DNA of 63,186 nt, filler included, from Octopus bimaculoides (GCF_001194135.2; 4 parts of 4 records of this genome joined end to end with filler, not necessarily neighbours in it); one strand, 5' to 3'. Positions 38,380 through 49,880 are shown, numbered from the whole stretch's first letter. Program-made: numbers and translations. Notes: generated from the letters alone by a model not told the origin.

Positions 38380-39520
38380 TTGTTTAGACAAAATGCTGGC
38401 ATTAAATATGAAATAAAACTCTTTTAGTCTGGATATTAGTGTACCATTCCTTTGCATAAGACTTTGTTGTATTAACAATATGTTTGAAAATATAATTTTA
38501 ATGCAACGCCTGCCTAGAATTTTTATTTTTTAGACAATTATCTCTTATCGATGATCTTGTGGGTGAGAGGAGAAATTTTTTTTCTTTGATTTCTTGTCAT
38601 AGAATATGATTAATTCTAATTTCTGTGAAAGAGTATTTCGTAGAATCGATCAGAGAAACTACTTGCAGATTTTCTTTGAGAGATAATAATTCCTCAACTG
38701 TAGGTGAACTCGCTAAATGTGGAGAGGGGATAAATGTAATTTAATGGAACTAAGTTTAGATTATCGAATTTCATTAATGCGTGCAGAGAATTAAAAATTA
38801 TACAATGGCCAACAGTTCTATCTGTTGAGAGAGCAAGACAATTTTAACATTATTTCCTAATCTGCCAAAAAAAATTCAAGATATGATGCAACATTTCAGT
38901 GATAGATTTTGTAACAAGAATTAACAGTAAATATATAAATACAATTGTATTTTCTCATTTCGTACTATAGCCAAGCACACACACAAACGTGCTCACACAC
39001 ACACACACACACACTCATGTACATAATTGTTTCTCACAGGCAATATTATCTGACTGGACCAAAAGCACGAAGAACTGAATAATATTTATCTTCAATTTGT
39101 TCTTTCAGTAAGAATACAGCAATAAATTTTTTTAAGTACCGTCCATCTTATAAGCAGTTTTGAATCAACAATATTTGATGATAAAGGGATTCCGTTATTA
39201 AGAAATTCTCGTAAATGATTGATGCTTCAAATACTCGCATGGCAAGCAACAAATGGTGCCAACTGCAGTCCTAATATTATTGTTTTGTTGCTGAGGAAAA
39301 CTGCTTTGAGAGTTTGTTGTGAATTTCATTTTATTACAGCTCACTGTGTTTTAATGTTTAGCTGAAGTTCGATGCTTTGCTAATGCAGTTTTGTGAGCTC
39401 ATATTTCACCTTTGCAAACTTCACATTAAGCGTAACCATTATATAGTTTATTTCTCTCATCACAGTTTGTAAATTGTGGAACATAGGAATTTTGAGATAT
39501 TTTATCATACTTTGACACAT
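38380..39520 (-). mobile_element. Degraded hAT transposase (zinc-finger / ZNF862-like type), interrupted by (CA)n
   Basis: Collinear motifs on the minus strand: YA*CEVCKGEI*AHKTALAKHRTSAKH (39434-39354), LAPFVACHASI*SINHLREFL (about 39262-39200), LLKEQIEDKYYSVL, NCLALSTD...NSLHALMKFDNLNLV, IIDKR*LSK (TRWLS-like), ALKLYFQ. Confidence 0.75.
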
Positions 39521-39896
39521 TCCGCACTGTATATAGCTGAACGCAATTACTGAATCGCGGTACCGTATGGCTCAGATTTTGACAAACTTTGATTATAAAT
39601 CGTGATTCAATTTCTCCGAACGAACATATTCAAAAGCTTGGCACTTCCAAGACGCGAGTGGGAAATTGCAGCTATCAAGTTTCGATTGCTTTATTATACC
39701 TCTATGTGGTCCCACGATGTGCACGAAATAGCTGTCAATTCATGCCCCCTACGTTTCTCAATAAATTTTACTTATTGGCCAAGTTGCGTGAAATAAATAC
39801 ACACTGGCATAGACATGCATACACTCTCCACACACACACACACACACACTCACTCTCACTCTCTCTCACACACACACACACACACACTCACTCTCA

Positions 39897-39938
<42 letters not shown>

Positions 39939-40029
39939 TATACACACACGTATGCGTAGAATAAATTTCATTCTATTGGTACATATGTTTACGTAGAATA
40001 AAATGAAATATATAGCTAAGCTGATTCTT

Positions 40030-40330
40030 GCAAGGAAATCAAGTAATGTTTGTTGGATAGGTACAATCTAAGAGAAATGTGTTGGTCATGGCACGAAAAC
40101 CTTAGATATCGGGTCTTTGTATATAGAACTAGTCTTCCACGTGTCAAGAAGGGCACCTCTTCATAGCATCTCACCATTCTAGACTTAGAAATAAAACATA
40201 TCACTGACATCCTTCAAATAGACCGAATGAAAAGAAAATATGTCAAAGACTGGAAATGATGACGAAGAACTTTTCAAGTTAAAACCAATTTTCCTGCTGG
40301 AATCTTGGAATTCCTGCTCAGATACAGAGA
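40030..40330 (-). mobile_element. Possible CR1/L2/Jockey-group LINE RT fragment
   Basis: LKDVSDM...ML*RGALLDTWKTSSIY...PISKVF loosely matches LKExAD...SLxxGxxPxxWKTxxI...PISxxxVxSKVF. Confidence 0.3.
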
Positions 40331-40532
40331 TTTCCTGTCGTAACAGCGAAAGACCACACCCTGCTTGCTTGGAGTCGTCTTTTGCTCGAAAAATTTCACT
40401 CAAAATACTCCATTCGGAACGAACTATATAAAGCCTGTAGCTTTATATAAAATTCAGTCAACGCTAGTAGATCGCCCACGATCTAACCTAAATTGTGATC
40501 ATACATAAGCACTGCCTTGCGCCAATGCTTCG

Positions 40533-40583
<51 letters not shown>

Positions 40584-40589
40584 TATGCG

Positions 40590-40800
40590 GGCGTACCTTT
40601 GTGTCCGTGTTTATCCCCCAACGTCGCTTGACAATACGCGTCGATGTACTTACGTCACCGTATCTTAGAAGTTTGACAAAACACCGATAGAATACGTTGT
40701 AGAATAAACAAAATTAATTCCTAGGGTCGATTTGTTCGACTAAAACACTTGAACGCGGTGCACCAGCATAGCTGCAGTCCAATGACTAAAGGAAGTTAAA
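40590..40800 (+). mobile_element. SINE family B tail module
   Basis: CGTCGCTTGACAA...GGGTCGATTTGTTCGACTAAAAC...GCGGTGCACCAGCATAGCTGCAGTCCAATGACTAAAGG. Confidence 0.8.
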
Positions 40801-40835
40801 GTATGAAAGAATGTGTGTGTATATTTATATCTATC

Positions 40836-40866
<31 letters not shown>

Positions 40867-41216
40867 ATAAATACATGTATACACATATAAAAACACGCAC
40901 ACATATATATACATACATGTATGTATGTACATGTTTATATAATTGTGTTGTAAATCGTTTCGAATGTTTATTCACCTATTATTTCTACACATTACTATTT
41001 GCATACTTGTAGAGATTATATATATATATATATATATAATGATCAGATTATTCCTCTCGTTAATTACTGGCAATTAATTATAACATCACCATAAACACGT
41101 GCACTGATAACCACACATCACATATATATATATACATATAAATACATACGCATATATATACACACACACATATATATATATATATGGATATATAGGTATA
41201 TATACATATCTATATA

Positions 41217-41256
<40 letters not shown>

Positions 41257-41356
41257 NNNNNNNNNNNNNNNNNNNNNNNNNNNNNNNNNNNNNNNNNNNN
41301 TTAATTAATTAANNNNNNNNNNNNNNNNNNNNNNNNNNNNNNNNNNNNNNNNNNNN
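41257..41356. other. Assembly spacer N44-TTAATTAATTAA-N44
   Basis: Exact 44/12/44 structure. Confidence 0.95.
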
Positions 41357-41677
41357 TGGGGGGGAGAATACCATTGATCCCCACCGGGAAAAAATGAAAA
41401 GCAAAGTCAAACGCAATGGAATTTCATCGGAGAACGTAAAGACGAAGAAAATGCCGCCAACCGTTTCCTGGTTTCCTCGTCACACAAGATTCTTGGAGGC
41501 ACCTCGTCCGTCTTCAGGTTCCCAGTTGAAATTCCGCCGAGGTCGACCTTGCCTTTCTTCCTTTCGCGGTCATTAAAATAAGTAGGAACTGGAGGAACTC
41601 TGGGTTCGATGTAGTCGACTGACCCAGACAGTGCTGGCCTTGAGCCAAAATACTAAACCCAATAATAATGATGATGA

Positions 41678-41711
<34 letters not shown>

Positions 41712-41850
41712 GGCTTCAAATTTTGGCACAAGGACTGGGTAAGTCAAGTACATCGACCCCAAGAATCAACTGGTATTTATTTTATCGATTCCAGAAGGAT
41801 GAAGTGCAAAGTCGATTTCGGCGAAGTTTGAACTCCGAATGCTTAGCGGC
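41357..41850. mobile_element. Cluster of three SINE family A fragments (-, +, -)
   Basis: Minus fragment about 41357-41460, plus fragment about 41525-41660 (AAATTCCGCCGAGGTCGACCTTGCCTTTC), minus fragment about 41718-41835. Confidence 0.75.
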
Positions 41851-41856
41851 ATTTCT

Positions 41857-42012
41857 ACAAAAGTAATCCCAGTTGTTACAGGTGTCCTAGGTATCGTCAC
41901 CAACATACTTAACAGCTCATTCATTGAGATTGATGTAACTAGAAGAGTCGCATTGATTGAGAAATCTGCTGTATTGGGAACAGTAAGGATTGTAAGAAAG
42001 GTCCTCGATATC
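41857..42012 (+). mobile_element. C-terminus of a restriction-like-endonuclease non-LTR retrotransposon (R4/Dong or NeSL type)
   Basis: TKVIPVVTGVLGIVTNIL...ALIEKSAVLGTVRIVRKVLDI matches the recalled RLE C-terminal signature VVPVVIGALG...LQKxALLGTARILRKVL. Confidence 0.75.
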
Positions 42013-42210
42013 CTCACAGTTTCGGGCTTTCTTTCCTCAGTCAAGTTCCAAAAGTCACGACCATTTCAAGCAGTTACACTTGAGATGGGTCCATCTGGTT
42101 GCTCCCCAAAAATCTAAGCTAAGAGCATTAGATTTTTTATAAGAAAGCAAGAGAATGTATACGACAACAAAGACAAAGAAACGGAGAACATATTACACAA
42201 TAATAAATAC
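42013..42210 (+). mobile_element. Interspersed repeat family H, copy 1
   Basis: TTTCTTTCCTCAGTCAAGTTCC and AAAAATCTAAGCTAAGAGCA...AAGAAAGCAAGAGAATGTATACGAC match the reverse complements of 44385-44735 and (first motif) 62030-62127. Confidence 0.75.
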
Positions 42211-42249
42211 AACACACACAATCACACACACATGCGCAAACGCACACAT

Positions 42250-42440
42250 ATGCAGAGAGAGGGAGAGGGGAGAGAGAGGGAAAGGGGATAGAGAGGGAGA
42301 GGGGAGAGAGAGGGAGAGGGGAGAGAGAGGGAGATGGGAGAGAGAGGGAGAGGGGAGAGAGAAGGGAGAGTGAAGAGTGAGGGAGAGTGGAGAGAGAGGG
42401 AGAGTGGAGAGAGAGGGAGAGGGGAGAGAGAGGGAGAGAA
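42250..42440. repeat. GA-rich purine tract
   Basis: Direct reading. Confidence 0.9.
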
Positions 42441-42892
42441 AGCGCGAGAAAGATTGATTGATTAATTGATTGGTAGATAGAATTGATTGGCTGATAGATG
42501 AATAGCTAGGCAGGCATATATACAGGTAGATAAATAGACAAATAGATAGACAAACAGGTAGATATATGGAATAATAGATAGGTGTAATTTTTTGCATGAA
42601 TGCAAAGAACGTAAATTGTCGATTTGTTGGTATACAAATGAATGCAAATTACAAATCGGAGTTTAATAAAGATGTCTCATTTATTACGGGAAGCAGCTTA
42701 CAAAAGTCTACATGTTATATATATCTACTTTCAATCACAAGGTTTTGATTAAAATTACATGCTCAGGTACCAGTAGTTGCCCGAAATCCAGCATCTCTCT
42801 CGCAGAGAAGAGAAGAAGCGAAAGGGGAACTCGGCAGATGTGAGATAGTGCATAACAGCGAAGATAAAGTCAAGGAGGAAAGAAACATAACC

Positions 42893-42966
<74 letters not shown>

Positions 42967-44004
42967 ATGGCTNNNNNNNNNNNNNNNNNNNNNNNNNNNN
43001 NNNNNNNNNNNNNNNNNNNNNNNNNNNNNNNNNNNNNNNNNNNNNNNNNNNNNNNNNNNNNNNNNNNNNNNNNNNNNNNNNNNNNNNNNNNNNNNNNNNN
43101 NNNNNNNNNNNNNNNNNNNNNNNNNNNNNNNNNNNNNNNNNNNNNNNNNNNNNNNNNNNNNNNNNNNNNNNNNNNNNNNNNNNNNNNNNNNNNNNNNNNN
43201 NNNNNNNNNNNNNNNNNNNNNNNNNNNNNNNNNNNNNNNNNNNNNNNNNNNNNNNNNNNNNNNNNNNNNNNNNNNNNNNNNNNNNNNNNNNNNNTATATA
43301 TATATATATATATGTACATATATGTGTATATATGTACATAAACATATTCATGTATTATGTATATGTATGTACGTTTCTCTATCTATCTATCATCTATCTA
43401 TCTGTCTGTCTGTTTGTCTGTGTAAATCTAAATATATATATGTGTATACATATATATATATATGTGATTATGTATATATCTAACTATCTATGTATCTATC
43501 TACCTACCAACCTACTTACCAACCAACCTACCTACCTACCTACTTCTATGTATGTATGTATGTATGTATGTATGTATATGTGTTATTCCAGGGTCAGATA
43601 TTTGGATAACAGAATAATAACAGATATGACAACTTGAACGTCTAGGAAGAAGTCTTGCCAAGTTGTGCATCGATGATTATAATCTATCACGGATCAATAA
43701 TACATTTATTTATATATGCCTACATGCTCTCTCCTTACACATTCACATGCAAACACACGGATACACAGGCATATATATGCCCATACATACATATATATTC
43801 ACACACACTACGGACACGTGTATATGTATTACTAAAGTATGTAATCTGCAAAAGTTGTATATACGTGTGCAGGAAAAGAAACTATCAAACAGCTACTCCG
43901 TAAATTTCCTCTGTAAGCGGAAGTGTGAAAATATCCAAAACTTTTCTAAAATTTAATTTATAAATGTTGCTATTGAAAGTCCAGTAACTGTGTTTCTTTA
44001 CTTA

Positions 44005-44175
44005 GTCTATTATTCATTTACTTGCTTCAGGCATTGGATTGCGGCCATGTTGGGGCACTCCTTTGACGGTCTTTGTTGAACAAATCGACCGCAATACTTA
44101 TTTCTTTCCATTTGTTTTATCGAACTCATAGGTTACGAGGACATAAACAAACAGATTGTCGGTTAGTGTGGAAAC
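44005..44175 (-). mobile_element. SINE family B tail fragment
   Basis: GCGGCCATGTTGGGGCACTCC...GAACAAATCGACCGCAATACTTATT. Confidence 0.7.
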
Positions 44176-44384
44176 AAACGCAAAGAAACACACACACACA
44201 CATATATACTCACGCACGCACACACTGTCTCACATATACGCGCGCGCACACACACATATGGTCAAGCCTGACCTTTCTTTCTTGGTTCGACTACCATCCG
44301 TGCAACATCTGTATTCCTTCCCATGCCTGTCATCCCTTATGTCCCTGCCGTAAGGCTTCACTTCCACACACGCCAGCTTAATTT

Positions 44385-44735
44385 AATTTGTCCTTAGTCG
44401 AAAGACACCTGTTGTTATGTCCTGTTATTTGTATTTGTATCTGTGTACCATTTCTCCGTTTTTATTTCGTCCTTGTTCTCGTATACATTCGCTGCTTTCT
44501 TCCAAGGAATCTTGTGCTCTTAGCTCAGATTTTTCTTGAGGCTGGCAAGATTGGAGCAATCTCGAGTATAACCAGCCAAAATTGGAAAGATAATCTAGAA
44601 CTCGACTGAGGAAAGAAAACTACGAATGACCCGTCCTTGTTTCTTCTTGTGCCTCTTTGGTATCATCTCTTTGGATGTTTTGTTGTCCCTTTTTGTATCA
44701 TCTAACTGTCTGAATGTTTTGCGTTCTTGTCCCAT
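44385..44735 (-). mobile_element. Interspersed repeat family H, copy 2 (longest)
   Basis: GAACTCGACTGAGGAAAGAAAACTACGAATGACCCGTCCT is nearly identical to 62089-62127. Confidence 0.8.
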
Positions 44736-44749
44736 TTTTTGTATTCCTT

Positions 44750-44795
<46 letters not shown>

Positions 44796-45013
44796 ATTAA
44801 CGCAATTTTCTGACGTTTAATCTGCGCGACACAGAGTATGAGAAGCCTATAACTTTGAATTACGGGTATGATCCGTCCATTCAAAGAATTTTTACGCAGT
44901 TTCCATCATTCTACCCAACTTCACACATAAGCTTGTACCAACCGGTGGCTATGATGAAAGCTGTAAAACGAATTCATAACCACCGTGTTTATCTATTTAT
45001 CTATCTATCTATA

Positions 45014-45082
<69 letters not shown>

Positions 45083-45238
45083 CTCTATCTGTCTGTCTGT
45101 CTGTATGTATGTATGTATGTACGTCTGTCTGTCTGGTTGTTTGTTTGTCTTCATATGTGTATATATGTGCGTGTGAGAGTGTTTGTATGAGGGTATGTGT
45201 GTGTGTGTGAAAGAGAGATAGGGTGAAAAAGTGAGAGA

Positions 45239-45322
<84 letters not shown>

Positions 45323-46029
45323 GTGTGTGAGTGTGTGTGTGTATGTGCATTTGTATATATACTAACATACCATACGTATTAGCAGAAATGATCTCATATG
45401 TATAAAGACAAAAATGTATAAAACCAAAAAAATATTAATTGAGCAAATGACCCGGCAAAAAGATAGAATCAAATATTTATTATAAAAAAGATGCTGCTTT
45501 AATTACTTTGAAAGAACTATAAATATAAAGAAAAAACAAAAAATAATACATTTTATTTATCCCTTTCACAACCGAGTTTTGTTTCTTTTGGTAGGAGTAA
45601 ATATAATGAGGTGTAATTTGATATTTAATTAAAGAATGAAAGTCGATTTTGTATAAGAAAATGGCCGGTAGTTTTATTATTTTGTTTAATTTTCCACGTA
45701 ACTCTAACAAATATTGAAAATAAATTTATAAGCTTGCAAACTGTATCTGCGACTGAGAATAGCCAATTAATTTTGCAATTAATGCGATTTACTAAATTTA
45801 TTTTTCGTTGCCATTTATCTTACGAAAACCGATGCCGATAATTCTAAAGGACATTATTTATGTCTCGTAGACATAATCGTAGTAGCATGGCCTATCTCTT
45901 GTCATTTAATACCTACACATATCACAATTAAATTACGTTCGTTATCACGAAAAGATAGTATGGAAGTTTTGAATAATATATAATTATTATTTTACATCAA
46001 GATTTAGTAATAATATGCTTTCTACTATA

Positions 46030-46430
46030 GTCACAAAGTTTGAAATTTTCGGGAAGGGAGAAACTAGTACTTATTTTATCGACCCTGAAAGAATGAAAAT
46101 CAAAGTTGATTTCAGCGATATTTGGAATTCGAACCCTAAGTGTTGGAAGAAATACCGATAAATATTTTCCTGAGGCGCAAACGAGTCTGCCCTTCGCCAC
46201 GTTTAGTAATAAATCTTTTTAATAGAAATACAAGAGCTGAAATTTGGCGGAAGGTGCCGAGTCGATTATAACGACACCACTGTTCAACTGGTACTTACTT
46301 TATCGACCCTGACAGCATGAAAGGCAAAATCGACCTCGGTGGTGTTTTGAACTTAGAATCTAAGGAGTCAGAAGAAACGCTGCTAAGCGTTTTCCGAACG
46401 CGCTAAGGACTCTGCTAGCTCTCTGCCTTT
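46030..46430 (-). mobile_element. Two tandem SINE family A copies
   Basis: TTTATCGACCCTGAAAGAATGAAAATCAAAGTTGA (about 46075-46110) and TTTATCGACCCTGACAGCATGAAAGGCAAAATCGACCTCGGTGG (about 46298-46342). Confidence 0.8.
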
Positions 46431-46569
46431 ATCAATAATATAATCTAAAAAATGTCTGAGTTTATTATTTAATAGGCCTTAGTTTATATGCCTGTTCTGT
46501 ATTTACATGTCAGCTGTTTGCCATTTTGCAGTAAATTTACTGATTTACAGCAAATCTTTTACTAATCTC

Positions 46570-47300
46570 TTTACTTACATGAAACTGTCATATTTAAACA
46601 ATTTCCTGAGAAACAGTCGAGGTATTTAATTAAGATAAGCTACATTTTAAGTCAAACTGCGGTTGCAATTGGTTACTTAGTTTAGATTTTGTGTTTACTA
46701 AACCTGGAAATTCTTTTAAGCATTCATACAAATATGGTATAAGAAGCAACTGGAAAACTCCTTCCTAACATTCGACCAAAATGTATCTGTAGTTCTCGAT
46801 AGAATCGACATTTTTATTGAAGTTATAACTGTCACATCATTTTAAACTTTCAATAAACTGTTCTTGGAATTTATTAATGCTACCAATCCCGTCATGCTAG
46901 ATCCTTAACGTCACTACTAAATGAAGTTTGTGCCTTGTTGTATCTCTCAGCATCTTCTATTGGAATACACTGATTGAAACCTTCGCTCAATATTGCGAGA
47001 TACCTAAAGATAATATCCTGTACGTCACTGAAATTATTTCTGCAATCTTTCAGATGATTGAATACGGGTAAAAGTTGTAGATTTCCATTGCTCCACCTTC
47101 ATTCTATAGATATATTTGAGCTTATTCTTAAGCGCATTTATTTTCTCCATTAAGTCAATAATTGTTTGATCACAACCTTGTAGAGAGATACTTAAGTAAT
47201 TCAATCCGAACAAAATATCGAGATGATAAGCTAATTGAAGCAACCACAAGAATCTATTAATCTTGAACTGTACAATATTTCTTTTTTTCCATATAAAGCG
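46570..47300 (-). mobile_element. Degraded hAT (Buster/Charlie-type) transposase, C-terminal half
   Basis: WLLQLAYHLDILFGLNYLSISLQGCDQTIIDLMEKINALKNKL, IIFRYLAILSEGFNQCIP, DTFWSNVRKEF, LVNTKSKLSNQLQPQFDLKCSLS; collinear with the Buster-type LAYLxDIFxxLNxLNxSLQG...FWxxxxxEY...KxKxRNRL motifs. Confidence 0.85.
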
Positions 47301-47561
47301 ATTTCTACTTTACTTCTTAATAACTAAAATCGCTGCAAAGCTGGAGAGCTGAAGAACTTTTCTATAAAATGAGATAACCGTCTCATCACTAAGTAATATA
47401 GCAAATGTTCATAGTGAGATAACAAAATCCTTGAAGGGTTTGTTACTGGAAGGTTTTTAATAAAATCAGTTATAATTCGAACAATGCTATTCACCATTAT
47501 AACCAACTCCAATGAGAAAGACAGGGAGATAACTTTAATATGCAGATTCATTTCTCTCTTA

Positions 47562-47734
47562 GGCGCAGAAGCGGCTGTGTGGAGAGTAGCTTGCTTACCA
47601 ACCACATGGCTCCGGGTTCATTCCCACTGCATGGCACCTTGGGCAAGTGTCTTCTACTATAACCTCGAGCCGACCAATGCCTTGTGAATGGATTTGGTAG
47701 ACAGAAACTGAAAGAAGCCTGTCGTATATATATG

Positions 47735-47784
<50 letters not shown>

Positions 47785-47945
47785 TGTGTGTGTATATGTT
47801 TGTGTGGCTGTGTTTGTCGTCCCAACATCGCTTGACAACCGATGCTGGTGTGTTTACGTCCCCGTAACTTAGCGGTTCGGCAAAAGAGACCGACAGAATA
47901 ACTACTAGGCTTACAAAGAATAAGTCCAGTATGGCCGCAGTGAAA
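47562..47945 (+). mobile_element. SINE family B, near full-length young copy
   Basis: GGCGCAGAAGCGGCTGTGTGG head, internal (TA)/(TATG)/(TG) run, tail CAACATCGCTTGACAACCGATGCTGG...TAGGCTTACAAAGAATAAGTCC. Confidence 0.92.
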
Positions 47946-47964
47946 CGACTTTGCTTTTGATTAT

Positions 47965-48295
47965 TTGGAGTCGATACTGAGTACTGGGGTCAATGTAATC
48001 GACTTACTCCCTCCTCCGAAATTGCTGGCCTTGTGGCAAAATTTGAAACCAATACTAGTTTGCCTTCTTTTAATTCTATCTTGTCTGAGGCAGCGAGCTG
48101 CCAGTATTGGTAGCGCGATGAAAAAACACACTACAGTATTTCTTCCGACTCTAAATTCAAATTCCGCTAAGGTCAGCTTTAGCCTTCATTGTTCCGCGGT
48201 CGATAAAATACGTACCAGCTAGGTACTGTGGTCAGTGTAATCGACTTGTCCCCTCCCCTTAAAATTGTTGGCCTTGGACCAACATTAAACAAGAT
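47965..48295 (+). mobile_element. SINE family A tail fragment plus a second degenerate copy
   Basis: GTACTGGGGTCAATGTAATCGACTTACTCCC and GGCAGCGAGCTGCCAGTATTGGTAGC...CGGTCGATAAAATACGTACCAG. Confidence 0.75.
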
Positions 48296-48614
48296 TAATT
48301 TGCTGTTTCATACACAATCTTTTTGAATTTCTTCCACAAAGGCTTTCTATTTTAGGAATTCGTCATCTAACACTTTACAATAAACAACATACACGGCGTA
48401 TGTAATCATTCACTGCATAATAATGCATGCAAAGCCACCATTATAAAACTTCGCCTTAACATTTCGTCATCAAATACAGCAATTAACAGTAATATATAAT
48501 TAGAGACCAATTAACTTTCTAGGAGCGAATATATGCTAATAATATAGTTGCTATAAAAAGAATAAGGTTGCTCCTTTTGACACTAATTGAATTTCGACTT
48601 TAACATTAGTAAGG

Positions 48615-49022
48615 TCCCCAAGGCGCTGAGCTGACTGAATCGTTAAAACACTGGGGAAAATGCTTAGCGGCAATACGTCCATTTTTCGGTTTTAGGTTCA
48701 AATTCCGCCGTGATCGACTTTGCCTTTCATCCTTTCGGAGTCAATGAAATAAGTACCAGTTGAACAATGGAGATTGATGAAATCCATTTAACCCCGGTCT
48801 CTCAAATTTACTGACCCTTATTTATAAAATAAATACCAGTTGTGAGAAATGGCAGGTGGGGGTCGATGAAATCAACTTAACCCCTCCGTCAAATCTACTG
48901 GCCTTTATTTATAAAATAAGTGTCAGTTGAACAATGAAGGGGTGGGAGGCCGATGAAATCCACCTGACCCCATCCCTGAAAATTGCTGGCCTTTATTAAA
49001 TAAGTACCAGTTAAACAATGGC
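48615..49022 (+). mobile_element. SINE family A copy with tandemly amplified 3' segment
   Basis: Head GGCGCTGAGCTGACTGAATCG; 80-87 bp units start at 48748, 48828, 48915 and 48999 (partial). Confidence 0.8.
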
Positions 49023-49054
49023 GATTGGTGTAGTTAGGGATCGTTTCAGCAGGA

Positions 49055-49275
49055 AGGGCTACTGGACCTGAATAAAATTCTAACTGGACCCCCACCTGCA
49101 AGGCCATGCGCTGTTTATCTTGATATGAGATCACCATGTCACACACGTGGTTGTGATGCATGTGCCTGGTGCACTCTTATTAGACGGGTAGTCATGATGG
49201 GTATACTGGGCTTTGTATATTTGTAACCGAGTGTCACTTTGATGGCATGTGTAATCTATCACTCAATAATAATAA
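49055..49275 (+). mobile_element. Interspersed repeat family F, copy 1 (retroposon-like 3' end with (AAT)n tail)
   Basis: GCAAGGCCATGCGCTGTTTATCTTGATATGAGATCACCATG...GGGTAGTCATGATGG...TTGATGGCATG...CACTCAATAATAAT; homologous to 52040-52258. Confidence 0.8.
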
Positions 49276-49475
49276 TAATCCTTTCTACTAAAGGCACAAG
49301 GTCTGAAATTTGTGGGAAGGGGAGTTGTCTATTACATCGACTGCAGGGTTTCATTGATGCTTAATTTATCGACCCCCAAGGGATGAAATGCAAAGTCGAC
49401 TTGGCGAAATTAGAATTCAGGACGTGAGAACGGACGAAATGCCGCTAAGCATTTCGCCCGGCGTGCTAACTGTTC
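49272..49475 (-). mobile_element. SINE family A copy
   Basis: CCTTTCTACTAAAGGCACAAGG...GGATGAAATGCAAAGTCGAC...GCCGCTAAGCATTTCGCCCGGCGTGCTAAC. Confidence 0.9.
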
Positions 49476-49484
49476 CCCCTTACG

Positions 49485-49514
49485 AATAATAATAATAATG
49501 ATGTTAAAAATGAA

Positions 49515-49579
<65 letters not shown>

Positions 49580-49584
49580 TGATG

Positions 49585-49640
<56 letters not shown>

Positions 49641-49769
49641 TTTGATAACGAAATGAGCGTAAAATAGCAAGGGAGACATATTTCCAACCTGGTTCGCCTC
49701 TAGCAACTTCACATTGTTTTCCTAATTAGGTTCGACCATTTTATCTTTCCCTTAATTACTTGACTACTA

Positions 49770-49813
<44 letters not shown>

Positions 49814-49880
49814 AGTACTACTATTACGGCTGTTGTTGCTGCTGTTGTTACTGTTGCTGCTGTGGCTGCTGCTACTGCAG
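49485..49880. repeat. (AAT)n and (CTA)n/(CTG)n trinucleotide repeats
   Basis: Direct reading. Confidence 0.9.

Noticed and set aside
38130-38400. RTE-like RT similarity (PSVKVDGKPVVV...LRYFFRQSSDVTIK, minus strand)
   Set aside because: Very weak, and directly continuous with the better-supported hAT fossil; left unassigned.
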